From: Octopus vulgaris
Lineage: Eukaryota
Length of the DNA: 64,000 bases
Reading direction: 5' to 3'
NCBI GenBank assembly: GCA_951406725.2
Contig: OX597841.1
Coordinates: 6,138,001-6,202,000, forward strand
The notes beneath the pieces were generated by a model, which was not told the origin of the DNA, did no database searches, and worked only from the letters and a program-made list of their open reading frames with translations. The translations under genes and the position numbers were made by a program. Shown piece after piece: positions 50,050 to 64,000 of this stretch (position 1 is its first letter; each line of letters begins with the position of its first letter).

Positions 50050-50388
50050 CAGCCAGGATCCCTGGTCTGGTGGTACGTAAAAAGCACTATCCGACTTGTG
50101 GCCGATGCCAGCGCCGCCTCGACTGGCTTCCGTGCCAGTGGCACGTAAAATACACCAATCTGACCATGGCCGTTGCCAGCCTCGCCTGGCACCTGTGCGT
50201 GTGGCACGTAAAAAGCACCCACTACACTCACGGAGTGGTTGGCGTTAGGAAGGGCATCCAGCTGTAGAAACAAGGCCAGATAAGACTGGAGCCTGGTGCA
50301 GCCTTCTGGCTTCCCAGATCCCCGGTCGAACCGTCCAACCCATGCTAGCATGGAGAACGGACGTTAAACGATGATGATGATGATGATG
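50050..50388 (+). mobile_element. RTE-type LINE 3' UTR
   Basis: Family motif and (GAT)n tail. Confidence 0.7.
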
Positions 50389-50608
50389 AAAAGAAAAAAA
50401 TGATTGCTGTATTGAATTGAATACCAACTGACAAAGAAATATATTCTAACAAAGATATTAATTTTAAAATTCATCAAATTTTTATAATTTTTTAATAAAA
50501 TAGAATTTAGATTTATAAAAACATATTTGCAGATTAAAAGAACAGAACAAAAAAAATGATTTCTAACATAATTTAACCATCATAAAACATTTTATTATAT
50601 TTCCTAGT

Positions 50609-51072
50609 TTAACCCTTTCGTTACTGTATTTATTTTGAGATGCTCTGAGTTTCTTTCAATTACTTTAAATATAACAAAGAATTTAGTAAAATAACTTAGT
50701 TATCATTAAGCTAGTGTTAGGAACACAAATAGTGACTAAGATTTTAATTAAAAACTTATGAAAACAAGATATTTGTACTCAGAGCCAGAGCTGGTTTCAG
50801 TTGGGTTGGTATCAAAAGGGTTAAGAACTGTTTCTCTATTATATAATTTAACCCTTTTGTTACCATATTTCTGTTGAGATGCTCTGTTTCTTTCAATTAA
50901 TTTTAAATATAACAAAGAATTTAGTAAAATACTTGGTTACCATTAAGCTAGTGTTAGGAACACAAATTGTGACAAAGGTTTGGAGGAAGATTTTAATTCA
51001 AAACTTATGAAAACAAGATATTTGTACTCAGAGCCAGAGCTGGTTTCAGCCGGGTTGGCATCAAATGGGTCA
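50609..51072. mobile_element. Tandem dimer of a piggyBac-like MITE
   Basis: Same unit and spacer as 24227-24943. Confidence 0.75.
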
Positions 51073-51141
51073 AAGGTTTCACACAAAGGTGAATTCTTTT
51101 GTGTTTAGTCATCACAAGGAAGTAAAGATTTCCTCCATATT

Positions 51142-52440
51142 TTACGATAATAATGTCTTTCGTCCTCCATGGCTCCGTTTGTGGATAACAACACTAGAAC
51201 TCTGAGTAAAAGATTTTCCACAGACTTCACAGTGGAAAGGTTTTTCTCCCGTGTGGATCCGTATGTGCCTTGTTAAGTCACTGCTAGACACAAACCATGT
51301 CCCACAGATTTCGCAATGGTAAGGTTTCTCTCCCGTGTGACTACGTTTGTGGATATGAAGACCAGAATTTTGCGTGAAAGATTTCCCACAAATGTCACAG
51401 TGAAACGGTTTTACCCCCGTGTGTATTCTTAAGTGTTTTTTGAGACCAATATTTGAGACAAAATATTTTTCACATATTTGACAATGATATGGTTTTATTC
51501 CAATATGTAGTCTTTCGTGAACTACAAGCCTAGATTTCTGAGAGAACGATTTTGAACAAATTTCACAACGATATGGTTTTTCCCCAGAGTGTTGTCTTTC
51601 ATGGAATGCAAGACTAGATTTATCAGAGAAAGATTTCTCACATATGTCACAATGATAAGGTTTTTCCCCAGTGTGAATTCGTTTATGCGTTGTTAAATTA
51701 CTGCTCTTCACGAAATATTTCCCACATATTTCACAACGATAGGGGGACTCCCCTGTGTGCATTCGTTTATGTACTGTTAAGCCACTGTTATTAAAAAAGG
51801 ATTTCCCGCAGATTTCACAGTGATACGGCTTTTCCCCACTATGGATCCGTTTGTGTGTTGTCAAATCGCTATTCGAGACAAAAGATTTCCCGCAGATTCC
51901 ACAATGATAGGGTTTCTCTCCCGTGTGGATTCGTCTGTGGATTGTTACATCATATTTCCTCACAAATGATTTTCCACACACATCACAACTGAAAGGTTTT
52001 TCCCCAGAGTGGATTCGTTTGTGTTTCGTCAGGACGCCATTAGAAATAAACGATTTTGTACAAACTTCACACTGGAATTTTTTTCCTCCACTGTGCAGTC
52101 TTTTGTGTGTTATTAAATTATTTTTATAAGCATAATATTTACCACATATTTCACAATGGAAAGGTTTTTCTTCCCTGTGGCTACGTTTGTGTTCTTCAAG
52201 AAAAGATTGAGCACTAAATGATTCCCCGCATATTTCACAACGGAACCGTTTTTCCTTCTTGTGTATTTCTGTGTGTGTGATGACCTCCTCTTCTGAAGGG
52301 AACGTCTGGCTACAAATCTCACAGAAATATTCAGCATCATTTTTCTCTACAGCTTTCTCATTTCCGCCTGCCTCTGTAACTGTATCTACATTGTTAGTAA
52401 CAGTTGCTTTAGAAGGGTCCAACTGATCAACGTTCTCCAT
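51142..52440 (-). CDS. C2H2 zinc-finger protein ZNF-B3, 14 fingers with MENVD leader
   Basis: 432-aa ORF with 14 fingers; last seven nearly identical to B2. Confidence 0.94.
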   Translation of the reverse strand: MENVDQLDPSKATVTNNVDTVTEAGGNEKAVEKNDAEYFCEICSQTFPSEEEVITHTEIHKKEKRFRCEICGESFSAQSFLEEHKRSHREEKPFHCEICGKYYAYKNNLITHKRLHSGGKKFQCEVCTKSFISNGVLTKHKRIHSGEKPFSCDVCGKSFVRKYDVTIHRRIHTGEKPYHCGICGKSFVSNSDLTTHKRIHSGEKPYHCEICGKSFFNNSGLTVHKRMHTGESPYRCEICGKYFVKSSNLTTHKRIHTGEKPYHCDICEKSFSDKSSLAFHERQHSGEKPYRCEICSKSFSQKSRLVVHERLHIGIKPYHCQICEKYFVSNIGLKKHLRIHTGVKPFHCDICGKSFTQNSGLHIHKRSHTGEKPYHCEICGTWFVSSSDLTRHIRIHTGEKPFHCEVCGKSFTQSSSVVIHKRSHGGRKTLLS

Positions 52441-53838
52441 ATTATTTCTTGAGCAATTCTTAAAAAGCTGACAAACGTCTGTGAGTTAATCTATTGTGGT
52501 TCAATTTCTTGTCTCAGACATCACAGTCCTCCGTTTACAAGCGTGGAACAGATGCAATGTAGATGTATTTCCTACTCACCAGTAGAATGTTTGATATAAA
52601 GTCCAAACGAAAAAGGAAGGAGGCTGAGGAAAGTTCATTGACTGATTTCTTGTTGATTAAAAGCCATTTCTATAAAATAGGGAAAAACCAATTAACGATG
52701 TAAAAATGAGATCAAATGAAATATTTAGTCGTGAAGGTGATGGACCAGCGACCCTGAAGCATGTAGGTCGCTCTATCTCATCCAAAAACATTAACGTTTA
52801 CCTTAACACGAGATAATTACTACATACGATTATAATTAGATCAACTCTGCTAATTAGAAAACCAAACAGTAAACGGTGTTGCTGATAATTTTTCCCTTGT
52901 TTGTAGGAGAACGGTGACATATATTAAAAAGTCCCCAACATTTCTCTCTCTATATATATAAGCTGATGGCAGGTTTGGTTTAGCCTTCAACTAACACTAT
53001 CTCCTCCGAGACCCTGCGGCGCAAGTTGACCAAAATTGAGAGTGTGATAGAAGAAGGCTTGCTCTTCCTTCCGTAGAAGAAAAAATTCAAATCGGACCAC
53101 GTTAACACCAAAAATTATTTACATCAAAAAGGTGCTTTTTTTCTATGAAAATCTATGTTTTTTACGATTTTTTGGCTGCTGTGTCGCCAGTTTTCGGTGT
53201 ATTTCAACCAGAAAAATGTTCACTTAAAGAGAATAACAAGCTACATAATGCAAAATTTTGAATCTTTAATATTTTGTCGCATGTACAGAACCCCAAAACT
53301 TTGTCGGGGTGGGAATAATGATAGAGGTGTGTAAGAAAAATCATAAATCTTCTAAATTTTTATTATCTTATAAAGCTTCCAGTATCGTTTCGAAGGCCGT
53401 GAGGACAAAAAACCATTGCAAAGATTACCGTCATAAACAAGTTAATCCATCTTATTCGGGCTTCTTGAAGCAAAATACCGTGAAAGACGGCAAAGACAGA
53501 ATGATGGAATCTGTTGGAGACTTGGCTGCTGTTTCTACAAAATCGGAAGACCACGCAGAGGTTCGCTCCTGCGTAAGTAATAATTATTGTGCTGTGTGGT
53601 GCTGGATACGATTAAAAACGTAAATGAATAGAATATAACGTGTGTTAAATTATGTTGGGGGATTTTAAAGCTATGTGTCCGATAACGTTTACGCGTGGGG
53701 ACAGGATATCAACGACACCGCCTGTTGTCAGTGATTCGGCTTAATTGAGTTGAGGTAATTATAATCATTTTGTGTTAATTATCTCGTGCCGAGGTGAATA
53801 TTAATATTTGTGGATGAGAACAGAGATGCAATATAAGA

Positions 53839-54954
53839 ATGACAGACAGAGATGAGATTTGTTGGAAGACATTCTCTTCAGAAGACGAAGTTGTCAAACA
53901 CAAAGAGATACAGAAGAAGGGAAAACGGTTCCACTGTGAAATATGCAGGAAATCATTTCATAGTAAAAGCCATTTAAAGGGACATCAAAGACTACATACA
54001 GGTGAAAAACCCTTTCATTGTGAAATATGCGGGGAATCATTTCGTTCAAATAGTATATTAACAACACACAGAACTGTGCACAGTGGGAGAAAACTTTTCC
54101 ATTGTGAAATGTGTGGGAAAAGTTTTAGCTGCAGTAGTAATCTAAAGGGACATCGAAGAATTCATACAGGGGAGAAACCCTTCCACTGTGAGATATGTGG
54201 GAAATGTTTTGCCTGTAAGAGTAATTTAAAGGGACACAAACGAATTCATACAGGAGAAAAACCCTTCCATTGTGAAATATGTGGAAAATGTTTTACCTCT
54301 AGTAGTCATTTAAATGAACATAAACGGATTCATACAGGAGAAAAACCCGTCCAATGTGGAATTTGCGGGAAACGTTTTGCCTTTAGCGGTCAATTAAACG
54401 ATCATATAAGAATCCATACAGGGGAAAAACCCTTTCATTGTGAGATCTGTGGAAAATCTTTTGGTTCGAGTGGTATATTGACAAGACACAAAATTGTACA
54501 CACCGGGGAAAGACGTTTCCAATGCGAAATCTGTGGAAAATGTTTCGCCACTAAGAATAATTTAAAGAGACATGAATATTTACATACAGGGGAAAAACCA
54601 TTCCAGTGTGAAATATGTAGGGAATGTTTTACCAGTAAGAGTAATTTAAAGGGACATCAAAGAATTCATACAGGGGAAAAACCCTTCCATTGTGAAATAT
54701 GTGGAAAATCTTTCCTTCAAAATGAATATCTTGTGCTTCATGAACGTAGTCACACAGGAGAAAAACCCTTTCACTGTAAAGTATGTGCTGTATCGTTTCC
54801 TTCTCGTGGTGCATTAACAATACACAAAACTGTACACACTGGCGGAAAACTTTTCCAGTGTGAAATTTGTGGGAAATGTTTTACCCGTAATAGTAATTTA
54901 AAGAGACATAAAAGGGTTCATAGAGGAGGAAAACCCTTTCACTGTGAAATATGA
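53839..54954 (+). CDS. C2H2 zinc-finger protein ZNF-B4, 12 intact fingers, truncated at both ends (possibly pseudogenic)
   Basis: MENVD leader missing and first finger broken (EICWKTFSSEDEV); ORF ends at a Cys-to-TGA change inside a finger (CEI*GKSF). Confidence 0.75.
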   Translation: MTDRDEICWKTFSSEDEVVKHKEIQKKGKRFHCEICRKSFHSKSHLKGHQRLHTGEKPFHCEICGESFRSNSILTTHRTVHSGRKLFHCEMCGKSFSCSSNLKGHRRIHTGEKPFHCEICGKCFACKSNLKGHKRIHTGEKPFHCEICGKCFTSSSHLNEHKRIHTGEKPVQCGICGKRFAFSGQLNDHIRIHTGEKPFHCEICGKSFGSSGILTRHKIVHTGERRFQCEICGKCFATKNNLKRHEYLHTGEKPFQCEICRECFTSKSNLKGHQRIHTGEKPFHCEICGKSFLQNEYLVLHERSHTGEKPFHCKVCAVSFPSRGALTIHKTVHTGGKLFQCEICGKCFTRNSNLKRHKRVHRGGKPFHCEI

Positions 54955-56380
<1,426 letters not shown>

Positions 56381-57515
56381 TGAACCCTTTTCTTTGGAGA
56401 ACATTTTATGACAGGGAATAGTCATCAATATTTAACATCACATTTTCCATGCTGGCATGGGTTGGACGGTTTGACTGGAGAGCTGCACCAGTTGTCTGTT
56501 TTGGCCCTGGTTTCTCTCGCTGGATGCCCTTCCTAATGCCAACGTGAAATGGTGAAACATGTTAGAAATCATTCTTCTCTTCTAATCCACAAATATCATC
56601 AAGAGGATGATCTGTTCACTGTTAATTCTTTGGCTGAGACACAATTTCATGAATCATGAGAGACGTTCTTCAGTATTTTAACTTCCACATTTTCACACTT
56701 GACTGGGTCAGATAGGGTTTGTTGAGTCAATCACTGTGGTCACGTGACACTCTTCCCAATTCATTACATTCTCAGAGTGGTTGGTGTTGGGAAGGGCATC
56801 AGGCCAGAGAAACCATGCCAAGTCAGACTGGGGTCTGGTGCTGCCTTCCAGGTTTCCAACCCTGGTCAAACAGCCCAACCCATGCCAGCATGGACGACGG
56901 ATTCTAAATGATGATGATTTGCCCCTGATTGGTAGTATTTTGATGAAGGATACTTTTTGCATATCGGTGACACAACTACCATTCTATTAAAAGTGAAATA
57001 GACACACATAATCGATGGGCTTCCTTCAGTTTCCATCTGTCTTATCTACTCACAAATCTTTGGATAGACTCACTCTTCTGATCTTATGCAAATACTAAGC
57101 ATAACCAAGCCGTCACTAACGCTGGAGGCATGATGAGGATTTGCCCCAGATTGGTAATATTTTGATGGAGGCCACTTTTTGTATACTGGTGACACGAGTA
57201 CCATACCATGTGAAACAGACATACATACACGATGGGCTTCCTTCAGTTTCCATCTGTCCTATCTACTTACAAGTCTTTGGGTGGGCTCACTGTGCTGGAC
57301 TTATGTAATTACCAGCTATCAATAATGACAGAGGCATTATTGAAATACGTCCATGATTAAAGATGCTAATGTTTGTATAAGTATTTAAATAAAAATGCCA
57401 AAATCACAAGCGAAAAAGCAAATTATTTTTATCCCTCCGCAAATATTATTAAGAACTGATTTTAATATTTTCAATGTTTTATTGTCAGTAATTCACTCAT
57501 TATTCTTCATTTTGT

Positions 57516-57935
57516 TATTTTCGACAATAAATACTTCTTAATATTTCATAAATGTCGTAGGTATGTTTGTATTGAAATCCACCAAAACATAGGTTTTTTT
57601 TTTTCACATGGGTACATGGGTACCCGGCCAGTGTCTGAGTTGTATAATTGATATAAATGTGAACGAAGGAAGTTTTGTGAAATGGTAGTGAAAAGTAGAG
57701 AAAGAGTAAAATTTGATTAAAGAAAACCTGGAAGGGACAGATTGGAACTGGGAAGAGCAAATATTACAGGTAAGTTGACAACGGACATTGAAAAGAAAGT
57801 ATTATATGTGTAATCCAGTAATGCTAGGATAAAATAGTAATGAAAATGAGAATACACCATGACCACCTGGTTGAAAGGCATAACATTTATAATGAGTAAC
57901 AAAGATAAATCACTTGGACTCTTTACTTTATTAAT
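57516..57935. repeat. Inverted segmental duplication partner of 63583-64000
   Basis: Near-identical reverse complement; a diverged relative of the 57455-57620 part lies at 60610-60765. Confidence 0.9.
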
Positions 57936-58297
57936 GAAGAAGGAGCACTCCGTCGGTTACGACGATGAAGGTCCCAGCTGATCCGATCAACGGAACAGCT
58001 TGCTCGTGGAATTAACGTGCAAGTGGCTGAGCACTCCACAGACACGTGTACCCTTAACGTAGTTCTCGAGGAGATAGAGCGTGACAAGGCTGGCCCCTTG
58101 AAATACAGGTACAACAGAAACAGGAAGAAAGAGTGAGAGAAAGTTGTGGTGAAAGAGTACAGCAGGGATCACCACCATCCCCTGACGGAGCCTCGTGAAG
58201 CTTTAGGTGTTTTCACTCAATAAACACTCACAATGCCCGGTCTGGGAATCGAAACCGCGAGTCCGCTGCCCTAACCACTGGACCATTGCGCCTCCAC
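57936..58297 (-). mobile_element. SINE family C, tail type 2, young insertion
   Basis: 12-bp TSD TACTTTATTAAT. Confidence 0.88.
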
Positions 58298-58719
58298 TAC
58301 TTTATTAATACATACATACATATATATATATAATATAAATTAGAGATGAAATCACTACTTACCACACAGCCACCCCTGCGTCTGTAGAAAATTTTATTTA
58401 AAAATACCCATTCTCCCTAAAGTTATTAAGAAAGAAATTCGGTGGGGGCACTCTTGTGTAGGTATCTCCTGAGTGTAAAAAGCCCAGGGTCAAATACACA
58501 TCAATCGAAGTGCTAAAAATAGCAGCCAACACGCCACCATTTCGTTTTCGGAAAATAGATGCAGTTACTTGCAGAATGGTCAAATTAATTGACGTGACAT
58601 AAAAAACCTGAAATATTATCGATTTTTTTTTTTGTATTTTCAGAAGAGAATTCGCAAACAAACATTACCTTTTATAAGAATAGCGATGATGTATTAATTT
58701 TTTCCACAGGACATAACAA

Positions 58720-59113
58720 AGTCAATGCCATAAAATTATCAACTATCGCACAAACAATAACTCTGAGCACCTCTTCAAACTCCACCCATCTAACACCCGT
58801 GGACATATTTATAAAGTAAGAAAACAGCACAGCTCCCATGACTTCAGGAAACATTTTTTCACACTGAGAGTTGCTGAAGCGTGGAACAAACTGCCGACAT
58901 CGGTTGTTAGTTGTCGGAGCACTGCTTCCTTCAAGACTTCCATGCTTCCTGAGATTCGCCAACACTACACTTGATTTTCTCCCCTCCATACACACACAAG
59001 CATGTTCACTTTCCAGACATTTCTACACTACTGCATGTACTTTATATGCACTTTCTGACAAGTTGTGGTGCACCTGAGCACTGTATACAATAATTTCATT
59101 ATTATTATTATTA
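58720..59113 (+). mobile_element. CR1/L2-group LINE 3' end
   Basis: TRGHIYKVRK..FRKHFFTLRVAEAWNKLP; (ATT)n tail. Confidence 0.8.
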
Positions 59114-59617
59114 CTTAATCTTAAAGTTAGCTAATTTCCCTTACGTTGCGTCACAGTTTAGTTTCATGCATGTCTAATTCTTTTCACGGGCTTCTTTTTT
59201 TTGTTTGACTAAATAGGCCCCAACTTCAATTACCTTGGACCTAAATAATAACTGTAATCTCATCCTCATGCAACTTACTTTCATTCTTGTGTAATTCCTT
59301 TCCATCAATCTCTTCTTCCATTTCACGAACGATGTTCCAATTGAACCTACAGCATAACTCCAATTGCATGCACATCTAACTTTACACTTGCGTCTAAGAC
59401 CACAATACAATCAGGATAGCTTTGATGACCATTCCTTAAAACCTATGTGTCTTTCGCGTTCCTCTGCAGGGATAGACATAAACCAATACATAAATAACAA
59501 ATAATATATATCTTTATAAAACATATAACTAGATCTCAAAAAGTATAAAATGAATGATAAATATATAATATGATTAGTAAAAACTTTGAGTTGTATAATA
59601 GTGATTTCATCTCTAAT

Positions 59618-59618
59618 T

Positions 59619-59651
<33 letters not shown>

Positions 59652-59793
59652 ACATATATATGTATATATACATATATATATCTATATATATGTATATATA
59701 CATAGATATATATATATATACATATATATAGATATATATCTATATATATATATACATATAAATAGATATATATCTATATACATATATATATAG

Positions 59794-59842
<49 letters not shown>

Positions 59843-59955
59843 TATAGATATATATATACATATATATATATACATATATATAGATATACATATATATAGA
59901 TATAAATATATATACATATATATAGATACATGTATACATATATATATACATATAC

Positions 59956-60016
<61 letters not shown>

Positions 60017-60103
60017 TATATACATATATATATATATACATATATATAGATATATATATACATATATATAGATATATACATATATATACTTACATATATA
60101 TAC

Positions 60104-60137
<34 letters not shown>

Positions 60138-60153
60138 ACATACATACATATAC

Positions 60154-60187
<34 letters not shown>

Positions 60188-60189
60188 AT

Positions 60190-60220
<31 letters not shown>

Positions 60221-60229
60221 CACATACAT
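59618..60229. repeat. Long degenerate (TA)n microsatellite
   Basis: Read directly from the sequence. Confidence 0.95.
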
Positions 60230-60766
60230 AAGCCTCCTCGTGTCTTACAAGAAATATTTTTCTTCAGGAACTTCTGCAACGAATATAAATAATAACATTT
60301 GTCACAAATATTTGGAGCTTTTGAACAGAACAAGTCAAATATATTGTAAATGCCCAGCTTTTACATCAACTGAACCTGCTGTCCCTTGAGAACATTTAGG
60401 AAATATATGTAACCTTTCTAGAAACAAACTTTAGAAGCATCGAATAAGTTTGCTATTTTACAGACAAGAAAGTAAATTTCAAAAGCAGTAAAGCTGTGTA
60501 AACGGCAGAAAGATTGGGCATTTACCCTTAGAAGATGGAAAAAAGTTGGCAGCAGGAGGCTATGGGAGTTGAACCCGTACCACTCGGATACTGGCTGCGT
60601 ATTTTAAGATCATGTACCCATGTCCAAACACATATATTTTGATGAATCAATACAAACACATGTACAGTATTTATGAAATATTAAGAAGTATTTATTGTAG
60701 AAAATAACAAAATGTAGAATGATGAGTGAATTACTGACAACAAAATATTGAAGATATTAAAATGAA

Positions 60767-61636
60767 TCAATCTCCTCCTGTGTGACGACGTTTGTGGTCA
60801 AGTAGACAAAATCTCTGAGTAAAAGATTTACCACATATTTCACAGTGGAATGGTCGTTCCGGAGCGCGTACAGTTTTGTGTGTTTTCAGGTCGCTGCTAG
60901 GAGCAACAGAATTCCCATATATTTCACATTGGAATCGTTTCTCCACATTGTGACTTCGGGTATGAACTAAAACCTCATATTTATGAAGAAATGATTCCCC
61001 ACATATTTCACAACGGAAACGTTTTTCCCCTGTGTGTAGAGTTTTGTGTCCTTTTAATGTACTACTATAACCAAAGGATTTCCCGCATATTTCACAATAG
61101 AAAGGCTTCTCCCCTGTGTGTATTCGTTTGTGTATTGTTAAGACACTGCTATAAACGAAAGATTTCCCACAGATTTCACATTGGTATGGTTTCTCTCCTG
61201 TGTGAAGACGTTTGTGTCCAATGAGAGTAGAACTCTGAGAAAAATATTTTCCACAAATTTCACAGTGGAAAGGTTTTTCCCCAGTGTGACTACGTTTGTG
61301 AATTACAACAGAGACAGAAGTAGCAAAAGATTTTCCACAAATTTCACAGTGGAAAGGTTTTTCCCCAGTGTGACTACGTTTGTGAGCTTCGAGATCATAA
61401 TTTCTGTGAAATGATTTCCCACAGATTTCACAACGGAACCGTTTCTTCTTCTTCTTGTGTATTTCTTCATGTGAGAAGACTTCATCTTCTGAAGAGAATT
61501 TCTTCCTACAAATCTCACAGCGAAATTCAGCAACACTTTTGTCTTCAGCTTCCTCATCTCTCTCTGTCTCTTCAACTGCATCTCCGTTCTCAAAAACAGT
61601 CGTCTTACAAGTGTCCAAGAGATTAACGTTCTCCAT
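60767..61636 (-). CDS. C2H2 zinc-finger protein ZNF-B5, 9 fingers (8th degenerate)
   Basis: MENVN leader; finger 8 reads CEIYG...HKTVR and has lost two ligands. Confidence 0.88.
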   Translation of the reverse strand: MENVNLLDTCKTTVFENGDAVEETERDEEAEDKSVAEFRCEICRKKFSSEDEVFSHEEIHKKKKKRFRCEICGKSFHRNYDLEAHKRSHTGEKPFHCEICGKSFATSVSVVIHKRSHTGEKPFHCEICGKYFSQSSTLIGHKRLHTGEKPYQCEICGKSFVYSSVLTIHKRIHTGEKPFYCEICGKSFGYSSTLKGHKTLHTGEKRFRCEICGESFLHKYEVLVHTRSHNVEKRFQCEIYGNSVAPSSDLKTHKTVRAPERPFHCEICGKSFTQRFCLLDHKRRHTGGD

Positions 61637-62425
61637 ATGAATTCTTGGGGAATTCTTAAAAAGTAGACAAATGCTCAGTTTCTTATCGTTGATATCAAAG
61701 ATCTCCGTTTACATGTGTGGAGCAGATGTAATGCAGATATATTTCCTACTCACCAGTAGAACGTTTGATATAAATTTCAAATGAAAAGTGAAGAACTGTG
61801 AGAAAATTTCATCGATTGAAATCCATTTCCCGTGTCCTGTAAAATCGGGAACACCAATTAGCGATGTAAACTTGTGATCAGAAGAAATACTTAATCCCGA
61901 AAGTGATGGATCACAGACCCTCGAAAGCGTAGCTTGTCCTGTCTTATCCACAAACATTAACATTCACCTTGACAAAAGATAATTACCACAAATGATATAA
62001 TTAGTTGAGCTCAACTAATTCGAAACATGTGCTTTAGGCGGTGTCACTGATATTCTTTCCCCTCGTCTAAACGTTACCGGTGACATATACTCAAAATCCC
62101 CAACACATAATGTAACAGAAGTCCAATTATATTAATTTACGTTTGTAATTATATGCAACATAAGGCGGCGAACTGGCAACGTATTGTAACGTAACGGTGA
62201 ATAAATGTTTCCTTAAAACTTCATGCATTGTCCATCTGGTAATTACATAAGTCCAGAACGGTGAGCCCACCCAAAGACTTGTAAGTAGATAGGACAGATG
62301 GAAACTGAAGGAAGCCCATCGTGTATGTATGTCTGTTTCACATGGTATGGTACTCGTGTCACCAGTATACAACTTGCTGTTATAACAACAAATTTTTATC
62401 ATTACAACTGTTGACGCCGACAGTT

Positions 62426-62838
62426 GGATCTTTTCGGTTTGACCGGCAGATTTTTAAAATAATTTCTAGGTAACTAAACACTTTTAAACTTCGTATACTG
62501 GTAGAATGTGTTTTTAAAACATCTTTTTCTCTTGGCTTTATTGAGAAAATTCTATAGTTTGTAAGATATTTGTTGTTTTTTTTCTTCAATTTCTGCAATT
62601 TCAACCAATCAATGACGTCCATTGAAGTAAAAATCATTCTGTGCCGTATGAATATGTCCCTCGTTTAAGAAACGGATTGGGTTTATTTACATTTCTGAAG
62701 AAAAAAAGATACCCTTCCCCCCACCCCTAAATCTAAAACAGATTGAAATGCAATAGATCGATACTAGGGTCATAATTATGGGTGACAATTTCATATGTCA
62801 CCGCTAGAAAAAACTGCCGTTCAAACCGAAAAGGATCG
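62426..62838. mobile_element. MITE with GGATCTTTTCGGTTTGA.CGGCAG TIRs
   Basis: Imperfect TIRs; no clear TSD. Confidence 0.65.
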
Positions 62839-62886
62839 TTAGCCCCTACACGCAAATTTTTTCTCTCCTTGTTTCTTTTCTGTGTA

Positions 62887-62924
62887 TCTTTCTGTCGAAG
62901 AGCGTAGGCTCGAAACATAAAAGA
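62887..62924 (+). ncRNA. Degenerate minimal hammerhead in a Penelope-like remnant
   Basis: UCUUU CUGUCGA A GAGC-GUAG-GCUC GAAA CA UA AAAGA; A6 mutated. Confidence 0.5.
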
Positions 62925-63015
62925 CTTTTTCTATTCCTGAGCGCTATACTAATACAATTGTTTGTTTGTACTCCACCTGCCTTCGTCTTTTGTTTATTTT
63001 CGTAAACCTTCCCGT

Positions 63016-63045
<30 letters not shown>

Positions 63046-63046
<1 letters not shown>

Positions 63047-63549
63047 CATCATCATCATCGTTTAACGTCTGCTTTCCATGCTAGCATGGGTTGGACGGTT
63101 CAACTGGAGTCTGGGAAGCCAGAAGGCTGCACCAGGCCCAGTCTGATCTGGCAGTGTTTCTACAGCTGGATGCCCTTCCTAACGCCAACCACTCCGAGAG
63201 TGTAGTGGGTGCTTTTTATGTGCCACCGACACAGGTGCCAGACGAGGCTGGCGAACGGCCACGCTTGGATGGTGTTTTTTATGTGCCACCGACACAGGTG
63301 CCAGACGAGGCTGGCGAACGGCCACGCTTGGATGGTGCTTTTTATGTGCCACTGACACAGGTGCCAGACGAGGCTGGCGAACAGCCACGCTTGGATGGTG
63401 CTTTTTATGTGCCACCGACACAGGTGCCAGACGAGGCTGGCGAACAGCCACGCCTGGATGGTGCTTTTTATGTGCCACCGACACAGGTGCCAGACGAGGC
63501 TGGCGAACAGCCACGCTTGGATGGTGCTTTTTATGTGCCACCGACACAA
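63046..63549 (-). mobile_element. RTE-type LINE 3' UTR with about five 63-bp units
   Basis: Family motif, (GAT)n tail. Confidence 0.7.
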
Positions 63550-64000
63550 AGGCCAATGTATATATATATATATATGTATATATTAATAAAGTAGAGAGTC
63601 CAAGTGATTTATCTTTGTTACTCATTATAAATGTTATGCCTTTCAACCAGGTGGTCATGGTGTATTCTCATTTTCATTACCATTTTATCCTAGCATTACT
63701 GGATTACACATAATACTTTCTTTTCAATGTCCGTTGTCAACTTACCTGTAATATTTGCTCTTCCCGGTTCCAATCTGTCCCTTCCAGGTTTTCTTTAATC
63801 AAATTTTACTCTTTCTCTACCTTTCACTACCATTTCACAAAACTTCCTTTGTTCACATTTATATCAATTATACAACTCAGACACTGGCCGGGTACCCATG
63901 TACCCATGTGAAAAAAAAAAAACCTATGTTTTGGTGGATTTCAATACAAACATACCTACGACATTTATGAAATATTAAGAAGTATTTATTGTCGAAAATA

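Noticed and set aside
53309-53623. 104-aa ORF between B3 and B4
   Set aside because: GTG start, no recognisable domain, adjacent to a Helitron fragment
54952-54954. A-to-I recoding of TGA to restore full-length ZNF-B4
   Set aside because: Editing would give Trp rather than Cys, and a deletion, a MITE and a second stop follow
59682-60333. YI/IY-rich ORFs (also 15687, 22079, 30628)
   Set aside because: Translations of (TA)n microsatellites

Overview
Eukaryotic, AT-rich and very repeat-dense DNA. It is most likely from an octopus (coleoid cephalopod); this is inferred from the repeat families and the style of zinc-finger cluster, not from a database match. The window is part of a tandem C2H2 zinc-finger gene cluster: nine ORFs of 6-17 fingers (TGEKP linkers, fingers in a single coding exon, no recognisable KRAB/ZAD/BTB domain) plus two finger relics. 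Family A comprises 2621-, 10069+ and 22989+, with 37430+ more distant; family B, with a MENVD acidic leader, comprises 31682-, 42442-, 51142-, 53839+ and 60767-. Three pairs are head-to-head. Intergenic DNA holds tRNA-headed SINEs, RTE and CR1-like LINE 3' ends, Merlin/hAT/piggyBac/Tc1-mariner MITEs, Helitrons and (TA)n microsatellites. Most interesting: (1) a palindromic element joining a tRNA-type Pol III promoter to a minimal Penelope-type hammerhead ribozyme; (2) further minimal hammerheads, one with a G3-C8 compensatory core; (3) a conserved acidic leader plus atypical first finger in family B, a candidate effector module; (4) mosaic finger arrays between paralogs; (5) a symmetric candidate bidirectional promoter with an inverted 15-16 bp motif. 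Repeat boundaries were read by eye and are approximate unless a TSD is given.
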